Assembly (NCBI GenBank): GCA_963796965.1
Contig: CAWCNS010000005.1
Span: 224,001-288,000 of the forward strand
DNA length: 64,000 nucleotides
Reading direction: 5' to 3'
Origin: Calditrichia bacterium
GTDB lineage: Bacteria > Calditrichota > Calditrichia > JAJRVZ01
The position numbers were made by a program, and so were the translations under genes. This document shows positions 19,575 through 30,619 of the stretch, piece by piece. Under the pieces are notes generated by a model. That model saw nothing but the letters and a program-made list of their open reading frames with translations, was not told the origin of the DNA and searched no databases. The stretch's first letter is position 1, and each line of letters begins with the position of its first letter.

Positions 19575-20636
19575 ATGATTTCAGTTTCGGGACAATTACT
19601 TTCCCATGTAGATAAACAAGTTCAAGTTGATCGCTTAATAGCATTATGGGCCCTTAGCGAAGCAGCGTTGGGTGGCGCTTTACATGCATTTCGAATCCCA
19701 TTGACCGGGCTGCTCGTCAATGGGACTGCTGTGATTCTGATGGTTTTTATTGCCAGTTTCTCTCCCAAACGGGGGGCTATATTAAAGGCTACATTTGTCG
19801 TAATAATCGTCAAAGGGATTGTAAGCCCACACACCCCGTTAGCAGCATATATAGCTGTGGGATTTCAGGGTCTGATGGGCGAACTTTTACTACGCTCAAA
19901 AAGATATCTATTGCTATCTTCTTTGTTACTAGGAATTATTACGCTTTTGCAATCTTCATTTCAAAAGATCATTATCTTAACATTTGTTTATGGAAACGTT
20001 CTGTGGGAATCAATTGACCTCTTTGGTAATTTTGTAACTAAACAACTGGCATTTTTGCCTGTTATTTCAGAAGATTTCAGTTTTAGTCATTGGATGATTG
20101 GAATATATATACTAATTCATGTCTGTATGGGCGTCTTAGTCGGAATATTGGCTGCCAGGCTACCGGGTTGGGTTGAAAAAGAGATCGGCAATGTTATATC
20201 CCATCCGGCGATTGATATCACGGAAAACTCTAATGGAATGATACTTAAAAAGCGAAAGAAAAAGTGGTATCAAAAGTTGACAACGATCGCCATCTTCTTA
20301 TTGGCAATAGGCGTCATTAGTCTAAGTTATGTGTTCCCGGAAATATCTGAATCGCAGGCAGTAAAGGCACTTATAATGATTATTCGTGCCCTTTCTATCA
20401 TGGCCATATGGTACTTTCTTTTAGGGCCCTGGATATTGAAACTGTATCAAAAGTATATGAGTAAGAAGCAAAATGTTTATACAATCGATGTCCAGAATAC
20501 GCTTGATGTATTACCGGTTTTATACCGGATTATATACCAAACATGGCAAAATAGTCGATCTTATAACGGACTCAAAAGAGTAAAAGTCTTTGTTGTTTCT
20601 GTCTTCGTAAATATCTTAACCATAGAGCTATCATAA
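19575..20636 (+). CDS. Uncharacterised polytopic membrane protein (N-terminal half resembles an ECF S-component-like domain)
   Basis: LIALWALSEAALGGALHAFRIPLTG..VKGIVSPHTPLAAYIAV; many TM segments; next gene starts 1 nt after the stop. Confidence 0.7.
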   Translation: MISVSGQLLSHVDKQVQVDRLIALWALSEAALGGALHAFRIPLTGLLVNGTAVILMVFIASFSPKRGAILKATFVVIIVKGIVSPHTPLAAYIAVGFQGLMGELLLRSKRYLLLSSLLLGIITLLQSSFQKIIILTFVYGNVLWESIDLFGNFVTKQLAFLPVISEDFSFSHWMIGIYILIHVCMGVLVGILAARLPGWVEKEIGNVISHPAIDITENSNGMILKKRKKKWYQKLTTIAIFLLAIGVISLSYVFPEISESQAVKALIMIIRALSIMAIWYFLLGPWILKLYQKYMSKKQNVYTIDVQNTLDVLPVLYRIIYQTWQNSRSYNGLKRVKVFVVSVFVNILTIELS

Positions 20637-20637
20637 T

Positions 20638-21129
20638 ATGCATACTATAGACATTCTAACAGGACCGATTCAGAGCGGTAAGACCACCCATCTGATTTCG
20701 TGGCTTAAATTTAATAACAACTGTGCCGGTATTCTCTCACCGCTTACTGGAAATAAACGACAATTCTATTCAATTCACAATGAAGTATTCCATCCTTTTG
20801 AAGCGCCAGAGAATATAAAAGCAGATGATGAACTAATTACCATCGGGAAGTATCGATTTCTCAACTCAGCATTTGTATGGGCTCGTTCTCAACTGGAGCA
20901 GGCGGTAGAATTAAAACCCCATTGGTTAATAATTGATGAAATTGGACCAATCGAACTGCGGGGAGAGGGACTAGAGCCTCAGGTTCGAAAAATTATAGAT
21001 GAATATCCAAGGTCGAGAAAGAATAGATTGATCCTAGTTATCCGTGACCAACTATTAGAAGAAGCCATTGAACACTATAATCTTGGTGATGATACACAAA
21101 TTCATGAATCATTTTTAGAAATTATATAG
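20638..21129 (+). CDS. P-loop NTPase (THEP1/NTPase_1-like)
   Basis: Walker A TGPIQSGKTT; Walker B LIIDEIGPIE. Confidence 0.85.
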   Translation: MHTIDILTGPIQSGKTTHLISWLKFNNNCAGILSPLTGNKRQFYSIHNEVFHPFEAPENIKADDELITIGKYRFLNSAFVWARSQLEQAVELKPHWLIIDEIGPIELRGEGLEPQVRKIIDEYPRSRKNRLILVIRDQLLEEAIEHYNLGDDTQIHESFLEII

Positions 21130-21435
21130 AATGTTAATTTATCAGAAAGAATGATGATAACACTTTTATAATCAGGATACGCGCGGGGCAATTGACAGGG
21201 ATATCTAAATTATACTTTTTAGGATATTCTACCCAATCGTTAAAGGATCTTTTCAATATTAGAAGAAATAGTTCAGAACATTTTCGTGATATTACATGTC
21301 TATACTATTTATATAATCTTCAATTAAATAAAATCAGATAAACACTGAAACTAATGAGTTTAAGCTGCGTAATCTCGATTGGTTTGTCCTATCAGTTTAC
21401 ACGTTTCATGCGATATAATCACCAGAGGAGTTAAG

Positions 21436-22600
21436 ATGAACAAGAAATTTTTAATCACGTTGTTAATTCATTTATTTGTAGGGATAATGGTACTCTCATC
21501 CTGTGGGGATGGTTCAGGCGGAGAAGAGGGAACAGCTAAACAAGATTCGACAGCCGCAGATTCGTTAAAACAACAGGAAGCAGAAAAAAAACAAAATGAG
21601 CTAAAAGCCGAGTTGATTCCAGTTGAAGTTACAACAGTAAAGAGGGGCACTATTTCTGATTATATTTTATTAAGTGCAAATCTTGAGACTGAAAGAATGG
21701 CTGATATTTACTCACGGGTCCAGGGCTTGGTAGAAAAAATACACGTGGATGAAGGTGATGTTGTAAAAAAAGGCCAGGTCCTTATGGAGTTAGAATCAGA
21801 TGAATACAAATTGGCGGAAGAGAAGGCCAAATTAAATTACCAAAAACAAAAATCTGACTATAATAGACTCGAAGCCATGTACAAGCAAAATCTTCTCAGT
21901 ATTGAAGAGTTCGAAACAGCAAAATTTGCTATGCAAGGTCTTGAAGTTGACTGGAAGCAAGCACAATTAAATCTCAGTTATACCAGAATAACATCACCCA
22001 TATCCGGTGTCATAGGTGATCGATCCAGAAAACCCGGAGACCGTATCCAACCCAGTGATAAGTTGTTTAGGGTTATTAATACTACGGAAATGATAGCAGT
22101 GGTTTATGCACCTGAAAAGCAGCTTGGCACTGTTCAGAAAAACCAAAAAGCTTATATAACCTCAGATCATATCCGTGGAAAAGAATACGAAGGCTGGATT
22201 AAAAGAGTTAGTCCCGTGGTAGATCCGCAGAGTGGTACCTTTAAAATCACTCTTGGTGTTAAAAATCGTGATAATAAACTACGTGCAGGCATGTTTGTAA
22301 ATACTCATATTGTCACCTCTGTGCATGAGAATGCCATTCTAATTCCCAAAACAGCGATTGTCTATGAGAATGAAGGAATGAATATATTCGTTGTCAGGGA
22401 TAGTGTTGCAAAAAGAGTGGTTCTGAAAATTGGCTTTCAGGATCATGAGAAAGTGGAATCTTTGGATGGTATTGAAGAAGGCGAGCAGATTATTATCGTT
22501 GGCCAGGCTGGGTTAAAAGACGGTACACAGTGTAAGAATAGTGAATGTTAAAGAGAATACCTTGGCCTATCTCCGAAACGAATCCAAGAGGGCAATTTAA
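21436..22600 (+). CDS. RND efflux periplasmic adaptor (MFP), lipoprotein (+1 frame break near 22530)
   Basis: RBS GAGGAG; lipobox LSSC; VDEGDVVKKGQVL, YTRITSPISGVI, SPVVDPQSGTFKI. Removing one T extends the frame to the stop at 22600. Confidence 0.92.
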
Positions 22601-22613
22601 GTATTGTCTGGTA

Positions 22614-22774
22614 TCTCGCAAAGACGCCAAGAAGCGAAGAGGATCAATTTAAAAAATACAAAATAACAGAGAAAAAATATTTTTATAGATCCTAAAAAGT
22701 AATAATTACACTTTTGTATTTTGTATTATTTATTTTTTTAATCTTCCTCTGCGGCTTTGCGTCTTTGCGTGAGA
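22614..22774. repeat. Nested inverted-repeat element (CGCAAAGACGC family with inner AAAATAC heptamer arms)
   Basis: TCTCGCAAAGACGCCAAG ... CTTTGCGTCTTTGCGTGAGA, with inner AAAATACAAAATAA / TTTTGTATTTTGTATT. Confidence 0.75.
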
Positions 22775-22868
22775 AAAGATTCAATCACTTTGGATAAATG
22801 AATCGAGAAATTACTGTGATTCATGGACGAATAAATTAAGATATTATTACAGAAAGTAACCATTCAGA

Positions 22869-25800
22869 ATGAAAAATGAATCAAAAGAAATGATATCAAG
22901 GGCCGGTGATTTTTTTAAATTTACTACCACCCGACCCGTTGCAATATTAATGGTAGTTATAGGTATTTGCGTTTTTGGGTATATATCGTATCAGCAGTTA
23001 CCGCTCAACCTAATGCCGGATATTTCATATCCTTCACTAACGGTGCGTACCGAATATACGGGTACTGCGCCGGAAGAAATCGAAACAACCATTTCAAGAC
23101 CAATTGAGCAAGCCCTTGGCGTTGTTGATAATCTGGTCAGTTTGCAGTCGATCTCGAAGGCAGGCCAATCAGATATAATCCTGGAGTTCACCTGGGATAC
23201 CGATATGAATGATGCAACGTCTGATGTGAGGGAAAAACTTGATCAAGTTTTTTTGCCTGAAGAGGTAAATCGTCCAATTATTTTAAGATACGATCCCACT
23301 CTTGATCCGATCATGCGCCTTGGTTTGTTTGGAGAAAGATCATTGTTTTATCTGCGGTATCTAGGAGAGGAAGACATTAAAAGACGTCTGGAAACTGTCG
23401 ATGGTGTGGCGGCAATAAAAGTAAAGGGCGGGCTTGAAGAAGAAATTCGCGTTGAACTGAATGAGCAAAAATTAACCTTGATTGGAATAAATATTCAGCA
23501 GGTTAAAAATAGATTAGCACAAGAGAATATTAACCTGGCCGGAGGAAATCTAAAAGAAGGTCAAACAGAATATATCGTCCGCACGCTCAATGAATTTACT
23601 GAGGTTGATGAAATTGGTGAAGTCGTTATTGGAAATTGGAATGGCCGCGAAATTAAAGTCCGCGATGTCGCCGAGGTGAAGCGAACGAATAAAGAACGTG
23701 AGATCATTACGCGAATAAATGGTGAAGAAAGTGTTGAAATTGAAATTTATAAAGAGGCTGATGCCAATATTGTAAGTGTAGCCAAAAACGTATCTAATAT
23801 TGTTTTTGGTACTATCGAGCAGCAGGAATTTGTTGAGATAATGGAGGCAAAGGAAAAGTCAGGGGAGAAAGAGGAAGAGAAAAAGAAAAAAACAGATGAG
23901 GATAAGAAAAATGCCGGTCCTGGAAGAGGAGGAGGCCAGAACGAGGCAGAATTACATAAAAAGATAATGACAAGTTTTATATCTCATAATCTTCCTCAGG
24001 GAGTAGAAATTGAGAAACTGTCAGATCAATCAATATTTATTGAAAATGCAGTCAATGAAGTAAAATCAACAGCTGATTCTCGGTGGTATTCTTGCGGTAA
24101 TTGTATTATTTATTTTCCTACGTAATTTTACGGTTACACTGATCGTCGGCATCTCTATACCCATTTCCGTTGTGGCCACCTTTGCTCCCATGAAAATTTT
24201 TGATGTTTCTCTCAATATCATGTCATTGGGTGGACTGGCATTGGGAATTGGAATGCTCGTCGATAATTCAATTGTGGTGTTGGAGAGCATCGCCCGTTGC
24301 CGGGATGAGGGGGATGGAATTGTCGATGCGACCATTCGCGGTGTTGGTGAAGTTGGTGGCGCTGTATTTGCATCCACATTAACAACTATTGCAGTATTTT
24401 TTCCAATTGTATTTGTGGAAGGTGTTGCGGGTCAGATTTTTGGGGATATGTCTATGACCGTTGTATTTGCCCTACTTGCTTCTTTAGCAGTTGCTTTATT
24501 TTTGATTCCGATGCTTTCCTCACGGGAAACGTCAAAATTTGTGTCCGGGGTTCGTATAAAAGATTTGATGAAGGGTAATCTTCTTCATCTTAGCACGGAA
24601 GATGAAATTGGAAGTTTGATTGCTGATGAGACGAAATCCGATTCCATTATACAATTGTTTATGCAAGGAGTACTATTAATTTTTAAAACCCTGGGCATAT
24701 TGATTCTTAATATTTTAAAGATATTTACAGCTCTACTCATAACCCTTGTTAAGTTCCTGACTCTCCCAATCATTCTCCCTTTAATGCCTCTGTTTGCACT
24801 ATTAACAAAAACAGGCTTATTAAATTTTCATATCTCTGAGGTAATATTTAACTATGCGCAAAATCCTGACTTCTGGCGTGTGACATTTATAAAAGATATT
24901 TGGCCTGAATATTTAATCAACAAGTCTCTATCTACATTTTATAATGACTTGAAGGAGATGTTTGGGAAGTTCTCAGGTAAATCAATTCTCCGAAAAATTT
25001 TGAAAGCAATATTTCTACCCTTGAGTATAGTTTTTTATTTAATCAAGTACATATTCCAGATTGCAACAGAGTTGTTTTTTAGAATCGCTCATTTTACGGT
25101 TACTTCATCAGCTGTAATAATAAAATCTCTATATCTGATATTTATGATCATATTTACACCCCCATCCAGGTTGGTTTTCGCGCTTTTTAACTGGTCCTAT
25201 TCCTGGTTGGAGGACGTATATCCGCGTATCCTAAACTGGTCATTAGTAAACCGAGGGACTGTCTTAGGTACTATGTTGGTATTATTCCTTTTTTCCATTT
25301 TCATAATAGCGCCACAAATTGGAAGTGAGCTCATTCCGGAAGTCCATCAGGGAGAATTCAATCTGGAATTGACTTACCCCGTTGGAACACCTGCTGAAAT
25401 GACAGATGAGCGTGTCGCACCAATTATAGATTTTGTTGAAAAATTAAATGGAGTTAGTAAGGTCGCTGCGGTGATAGGTATAGATAAACAGGAATCTACA
25501 AAAACAGATGAAGGTGAAAATACGGCCAAATTGACAATTACACTGGACCGTGAAAGCGGCGGTAGCGTCATAAGTGAGGAAGAGCGATTAATCAGTGAAA
25601 TTCGTGATCATATGGGTGACTTTTCCGGAGTTAAATCTAAAATATCCAGGCCGACCCTGTTTAGTTTTAAAACACCAGTCGAAGTTGAAATACGCGGATT
25701 TAACTTGGTGAAGCTGCAGTCCATTGCCAGAGAGGTAGAAGAAAGTATTTCGGAAATCCCTGGATTGTTTGATGTCAAAGCAAATATCCAGAGGGGAAAT

Positions 25801-26730
25801 CCCGAGGTTCAGATAATCTATAATCGCCAGTTACTTTCTCGTTACGGACTCAATATTTTGGAAGTTGCCTCGATTGTGCGTAATAAAGTAAGAGGTGATG
25901 TAGCAACGGAATTTAAAGAAGAGGACCGGAGGATTGATGTTCTTGTCCGGGTGAGAGAAGAGGACAAAGAGACCATCGATAACCTCCGAAGACTCGTTGT
26001 CAATCCGGGTGCTGAGATTCCGATGCCCTTAGAAGCAGTGGCGGAGATACGGGTTAATGAAGGACCATCGGAGATTAGGCGTATCGATCAACAACGGACA
26101 GCTGTGATCACAGCTAATGTGAGTGGCCGTGATCTTGGAAGTGTCAGCCAGGAAATTTTCAGTATTCTCGCTAATACAGAAATGCCTGATGATTTTCTTT
26201 TTGACATCACCGGTCAAAATAAGGAAATGGAAACCTCGCTAAACAGCCTGATGATGGCCCTTGCTCTGGCGATATTTCTCGTCTACATTGTAATGGCGTC
26301 CCAGTTTGAATCGCTCTTACATCCGTTCATTATCATTTTTACAATTCCTCTGGCCATCATCGGCGTTCTGATATTTTTATATCTGTTTAATATTCCAGCC
26401 AGTGTGGTTGTTTTCCTTGGGGGAATTATGCTTGCTGGAATTGTTGTTAATAATGCTATCGTCCTCGTAGATTATATCAACCAATTGCGGGAACGGGGGA
26501 TGAAAAAAGTTGAAGCCATAATTACTGCAGGAAAAGTTCGTTTACGTCCCATCATGATGACGACCTCTACAACTGTTTTAGGGTTATTGCCCATGGCTAT
26601 CGGTGTGGGAGACGGTGCCGAAATACGTACACCAATGGCCATTACTGTAATTATCGGACTTCTTTCATCGACCATTTTAACACTTGTTGTTATCCCGACC
26701 ATGTATAGTGTGCTGGACCGTAAAGATTGA
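22869..26730 (+). CDS. RND permease 1 (AcrB/AcrD/AcrF family) with two large insertions (+1 frame break near 24075)
   Basis: RPVAILM, GTAPEEIET, GMLVDNSIVVLE, MASQFES, GIVVNNAIVLVD, RLRPIMMT. ORFs 22869-24125 and 24172-26730 join by removing one G (TAILGGILAV). Confidence 0.92.
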
Positions 26731-27230
26731 AAATTTAATATTGTAAATTGAAGATTGGAAGTTAGAAGAGTAACAATAATTATTTTAATGCGTAAATTTG
26801 AAAAGACTTCTATTTATTTTAAAAATGTGGGAGACATGTCTGAGCAAAGTGAAATATTAATGAAGCGAACAAAGACTTTTGCTCATTCTTGTGTAATTCT
26901 GGCTTCTGAATTGCCAAAAAACAATCTGGGTTGGCATTTACAAAAACAATTAATCAGATGCTCAACTTCTGTTGCAGCAAATTATAGAGCAGCTTGTCTG
27001 GCACAATCTAAAGCAAGTTTCATCGCGAAGATTAGTATCTGTTTGGAAGAATGTGATGAATCTTATTTCTGGTTGGAATTTATTAGAGATGAAAGTTTGT
27101 TTAAACTAGAAAAAATTGATCACTTAATTGCAGAGGCAAAAGAACTTAGAGCCATATTTTATGCATCCAGAAAAACAACTCGTGAAAGATTGAAGAATTA
27201 ATTTACATTTTTCAATATTCAATTTTCAAT
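26723..27230. repeat. Inverted heptamer arrays bracketing the four-helix-bundle gene
   Basis: Left AAGATTG AAAATTT AATATTG TAAATTG AAGATTG; right TTTCAAT ATTCAAT TTTCAAT. Confidence 0.7.
26836..27201 (+). CDS. Four-helix-bundle protein (23S rRNA IVP / S23-like family)
   Basis: QLIRCSTSVAANYRAA..SKASFIAKISICLEECDESYFWLE; RBS GGGAG before ATG at 26836. Confidence 0.9.
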   Translation: MSEQSEILMKRTKTFAHSCVILASELPKNNLGWHLQKQLIRCSTSVAANYRAACLAQSKASFIAKISICLEECDESYFWLEFIRDESLFKLEKIDHLIAEAKELRAIFYASRKTTRERLKN

Positions 27231-27250
27231 AAATCGAAAGTGAGAGTACC

Positions 27251-30200
27251 ATGTCGGACAAGCGTCCCGGTTTTTTTCCAAATTTTGCCATACATCGGCC
27301 AATAACTGTATTGATGACTCTTACGGCGTTATTGGTTGTTGGATATATAGCTTTTACACAGATATCTGTTGAATTAATGCCGGAGGGATTTACACCGCCA
27401 TTTTTGGGTGTGTATGTACCCTATCCTAACGCAAATCCCAGTGAAGTGGAAGAGCAGATTGCAAAACCAATCGAAGAGCAGGCCCGAACGATCAGCGGTG
27501 TTGATCGGGTATTTACAAACAGTCATAGTAATGGCTGCTTTACCCATATCAGTTTTGTGCAGGACACTGATATGGATGTTGCTTATGCGACGTTAAGAGA
27601 TCGAATGGATCGGGTAAAAGCTGAAGTTCCGGATGATGTGGAGCGTATTTGGGTATGGAAACGTGGAGAAGATGATTCCCCGGTATTATGGATAGCGCTT
27701 GTCCAATCCGGAGAATATGAAGATCCTTATTATATCATCGAACAACATGTTCAAAAGCCCCTGGAGCGTGTTGATGGTGTGGCCAAGGTCGAGGTTTGGG
27801 GAGCTGATGAAAAAGAGATCTTGATTATGATCAATCAGGACAAAGTACGTTCTTATAAGATAAATCTGTATGACATTATTGGCAAACTTCGTCAGGATAA
27901 TTTCGCCATATCATCCGGTCATGTAAACGAAGGTCAGCAAAAAATATTTGTCCGGTCATTAGGCAAATTTCACTCTTTAGAAGAGATCAAGAACTTGCCT
28001 ATCAGGGGTGCTAATTTAAAACTTAGTGATATTGCGGATGTCAAATATGATGTACCTGAAAGACGCTGGCGGCAACTTATCGATGGAAAAAAAGCGATTA
28101 GTATAGGCGTTTTTAAAGAATCGATGGCAAATACAGCAGAACTTTCCGATAAAGTATTGGATCTCTTCCTAAATAAGATAAAGAAAGAGCCAATAATGGC
28201 TGGTTTTGAAGAAGAAGTTTTGTTCAATCAGGGGTCATTTATAAAAGAGTCGATCAAAAATCTCCAGGATGCGGCCATGTGGGGAGGTTTATTTGCCTTT
28301 GCTGTGCTTTATTTCTTCCTGCGTCGATTTCGGATGACATTGATTGTTAATCTTGCTATCCCACTCTCCATATTAATCACCCTCACAACCATGTATTTTT
28401 TAGGGTGGACTCTGAATTTAATTACAATGATGGGTCTGATGGTATCAATTGGCATGGTGGTAGATAATTCTATTGTCGTTTTGGAAAATATTTACTCCAA
28501 ACGAGCGCAGGGGTTAAATAATAAAAATTCAGCCCTCTGGGGTTCAAGCGAGGTTGCCCTTGCCGTTACCATGGCGACGATGACAACCGTAGTCGTTTTT
28601 TTGCCTCTAATTTTAATGAATGACAATGTAGGATTTCGTTTCTATATGTTAAGAATCGGCTTGCCAGTAATGATCTCCCTGGTTGCATCACTATTTGTTG
28701 CGATGATATTTATTCCTTTAGCAGCCACAAAAGTAGTCAGTAAGAGAAAAGTTGAAGAGCCTATAGCAATTATAAAGACAAACGCACTTTACCAAAAAAC
28801 CTTGCGCTGGACATTATCTCACCGATTGGAAACGTCAATAATCCTGATTTTTCTAGTGATCTCAATGTTTTATGCCTCTGCTCAATCTCCTGGCACAGAC
28901 CGCATGCAGGGAAATATTAATGATGTCAGGCTGTTTTTTGATTTACCAGATAATCTGACTATCGAGGATGTTGAAAGGATTTTTAAAGTTGTTGAAGATA
29001 CGGTTAGGGTAAAAGAGGAACTGTATGATGTACGAGCAATTGATTGCAGATTTAGTCATAATTGGGGACGAATGAGTATTTTTCTCCATCCCCCTGCTCC
29101 GATGCAATGGTATGAGGCCTTTTTCAAAAATGTGAAAAAATCAATTGGTGTTTATGAGGGTGTGATGGAGCGCTCTGAGGTTGTAGAAGATCTTAAAAAA
29201 CGATTGCCCGATTTTCCCGGGGTTGAGATCCGCACCAGCTGGTTCCGTGAGGGGGGAGATGATGCTTCACTCGCTATTTCTTTATTTGGTGATGATACAG
29301 ATAAGTTAGCTGAGTTATCAAAGGAGGTTGAGCGTCGACTGCGTACAATTGAGGAGGTGGTTAGTATAGAGCCGGATAGGGAAGAAGGTAGCGATGAAAT
29401 TCGTTTACATATTAAGCGTGATCAGGCAAAAAAATACGGAATCACACCACAAATGATATCCGGTACCGTACAATATGCGCTTCGCGGCATTCCCTTGCCA
29501 AAGTACCAGACGGAAGAAAAAGAAATAGATGTATTGGTTCAATTACGGGAGGAAGACAGGCAAAATTTGTATCAATTAAAAAATCTTACTTTCTTTTCAG
29601 ACAATGGAAAGGAAATTCCCCTGGATGCTGTTGCTGATTTTACTATCAATAAAGGGTATGGCAATATAACCCGTGAAAATGGTAAAACTACGCTTAGTGT
29701 CAAAGCAAACGTATCCAAAGAAACAATGGGTGTTGTGTACGCAAAAGTCGATCAAGTGATGAATGGCTTTGAAATGCCCTATGGATATTCATGGAGCAAG
29801 GGGCAGCGTTTCAGAGATATGCAAGAAAGTGACGATAGCCAAATGTTTGCCATCATTTTAGTTATAACATTTGTTTTTCTACTAATGGGTTTCTTATTTG
29901 AATCCTTTGTTTTACCTTTATCTGTTATAATATCCATCCCATTCTCGTTCTTCGGGGCGTTCTGGCTTATGTATCTTACGGGAACACCTATCGATATGAT
30001 GAGTCGGATTGGTTTCATTATCCTGATTGGAATTGTTGTTAATAATGCCATTGTTCTTATTGATCTGGTTAACAGGTTACGTAAAGAAGGATACAGCCGA
30101 TATGATGCGATTATGGAAGCCGGTAAACAACGATTTCGCCCGATTTTAATGACAGCCTTTACCACCATAGGGGGATTGATTCCTATGGCTGTTGGTAATA

Positions 30201-30415
30201 CCCAGATGATTGGTATCCCCTATGCCCCCATGGGACGTACAATTATTGGCGGATTAATGACTTCAACTGTTTTATCGTTGATAGCAGTGCCCTGGGCATA
30301 TGTGATATTTGATGATTTGCGTAATTACTTCATGAAAATCACTGCCATGTATCTTTGGAAAGGTGAAACAAACGTAAAAATTGAAAAAGCTATTAGCGGT
30401 GGGGGAAGCCAGTAA
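27251..30415 (+). CDS. RND permease 2 (AcrB/AcrD/AcrF family)
   Basis: RPITVLM, ANPSEVEEQI, GMVVDNSIVVLE, GIVVNNAIVLID, RFRPILMT; 1054 aa. Confidence 0.94.
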   Translation: MSDKRPGFFPNFAIHRPITVLMTLTALLVVGYIAFTQISVELMPEGFTPPFLGVYVPYPNANPSEVEEQIAKPIEEQARTISGVDRVFTNSHSNGCFTHISFVQDTDMDVAYATLRDRMDRVKAEVPDDVERIWVWKRGEDDSPVLWIALVQSGEYEDPYYIIEQHVQKPLERVDGVAKVEVWGADEKEILIMINQDKVRSYKINLYDIIGKLRQDNFAISSGHVNEGQQKIFVRSLGKFHSLEEIKNLPIRGANLKLSDIADVKYDVPERRWRQLIDGKKAISIGVFKESMANTAELSDKVLDLFLNKIKKEPIMAGFEEEVLFNQGSFIKESIKNLQDAAMWGGLFAFAVLYFFLRRFRMTLIVNLAIPLSILITLTTMYFLGWTLNLITMMGLMVSIGMVVDNSIVVLENIYSKRAQGLNNKNSALWGSSEVALAVTMATMTTVVVFLPLILMNDNVGFRFYMLRIGLPVMISLVASLFVAMIFIPLAATKVVSKRKVEEPIAIIKTNALYQKTLRWTLSHRLETSIILIFLVISMFYASAQSPGTDRMQGNINDVRLFFDLPDNLTIEDVERIFKVVEDTVRVKEELYDVRAIDCRFSHNWGRMSIFLHPPAPMQWYEAFFKNVKKSIGVYEGVMERSEVVEDLKKRLPDFPGVEIRTSWFREGGDDASLAISLFGDDTDKLAELSKEVERRLRTIEEVVSIEPDREEGSDEIRLHIKRDQAKKYGITPQMISGTVQYALRGIPLPKYQTEEKEIDVLVQLREEDRQNLYQLKNLTFFSDNGKEIPLDAVADFTINKGYGNITRENGKTTLSVKANVSKETMGVVYAKVDQVMNGFEMPYGYSWSKGQRFRDMQESDDSQMFAIILVITFVFLLMGFLFESFVLPLSVIISIPFSFFGAFWLMYLTGTPIDMMSRIGFIILIGIVVNNAIVLIDLVNRLRKEGYSRYDAIMEAGKQRFRPILMTAFTTIGGLIPMAVGNTQMIGIPYAPMGRTIIGGLMTSTVLSLIAVPWAYVIFDDLRNYFMKITAMYLWKGETNVKIEKAISGGGSQ

Positions 30416-30619
30416 CCTGTTTTATGAACATACTGGCTCCTTTTGATATTTTCCTGAATATAATTGTTACATTAAGATACATCTTGTTTTTAAATTTAGC
30501 CTCCGGAAATCTTTGAACTAAATCCACATACCTTTGACTATCAATGTTGTATAAAATTCACAATACCTTTAAATTGCATTGTGACATATGAACCTGTTCA
30601 ATTCATCATTTAAAAGGAA

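Noticed and set aside
26836..27201. Diversity-generating retroelement (Avd-like gene)
   Set aside because: No reverse transcriptase or template/variable repeat pair in the window.
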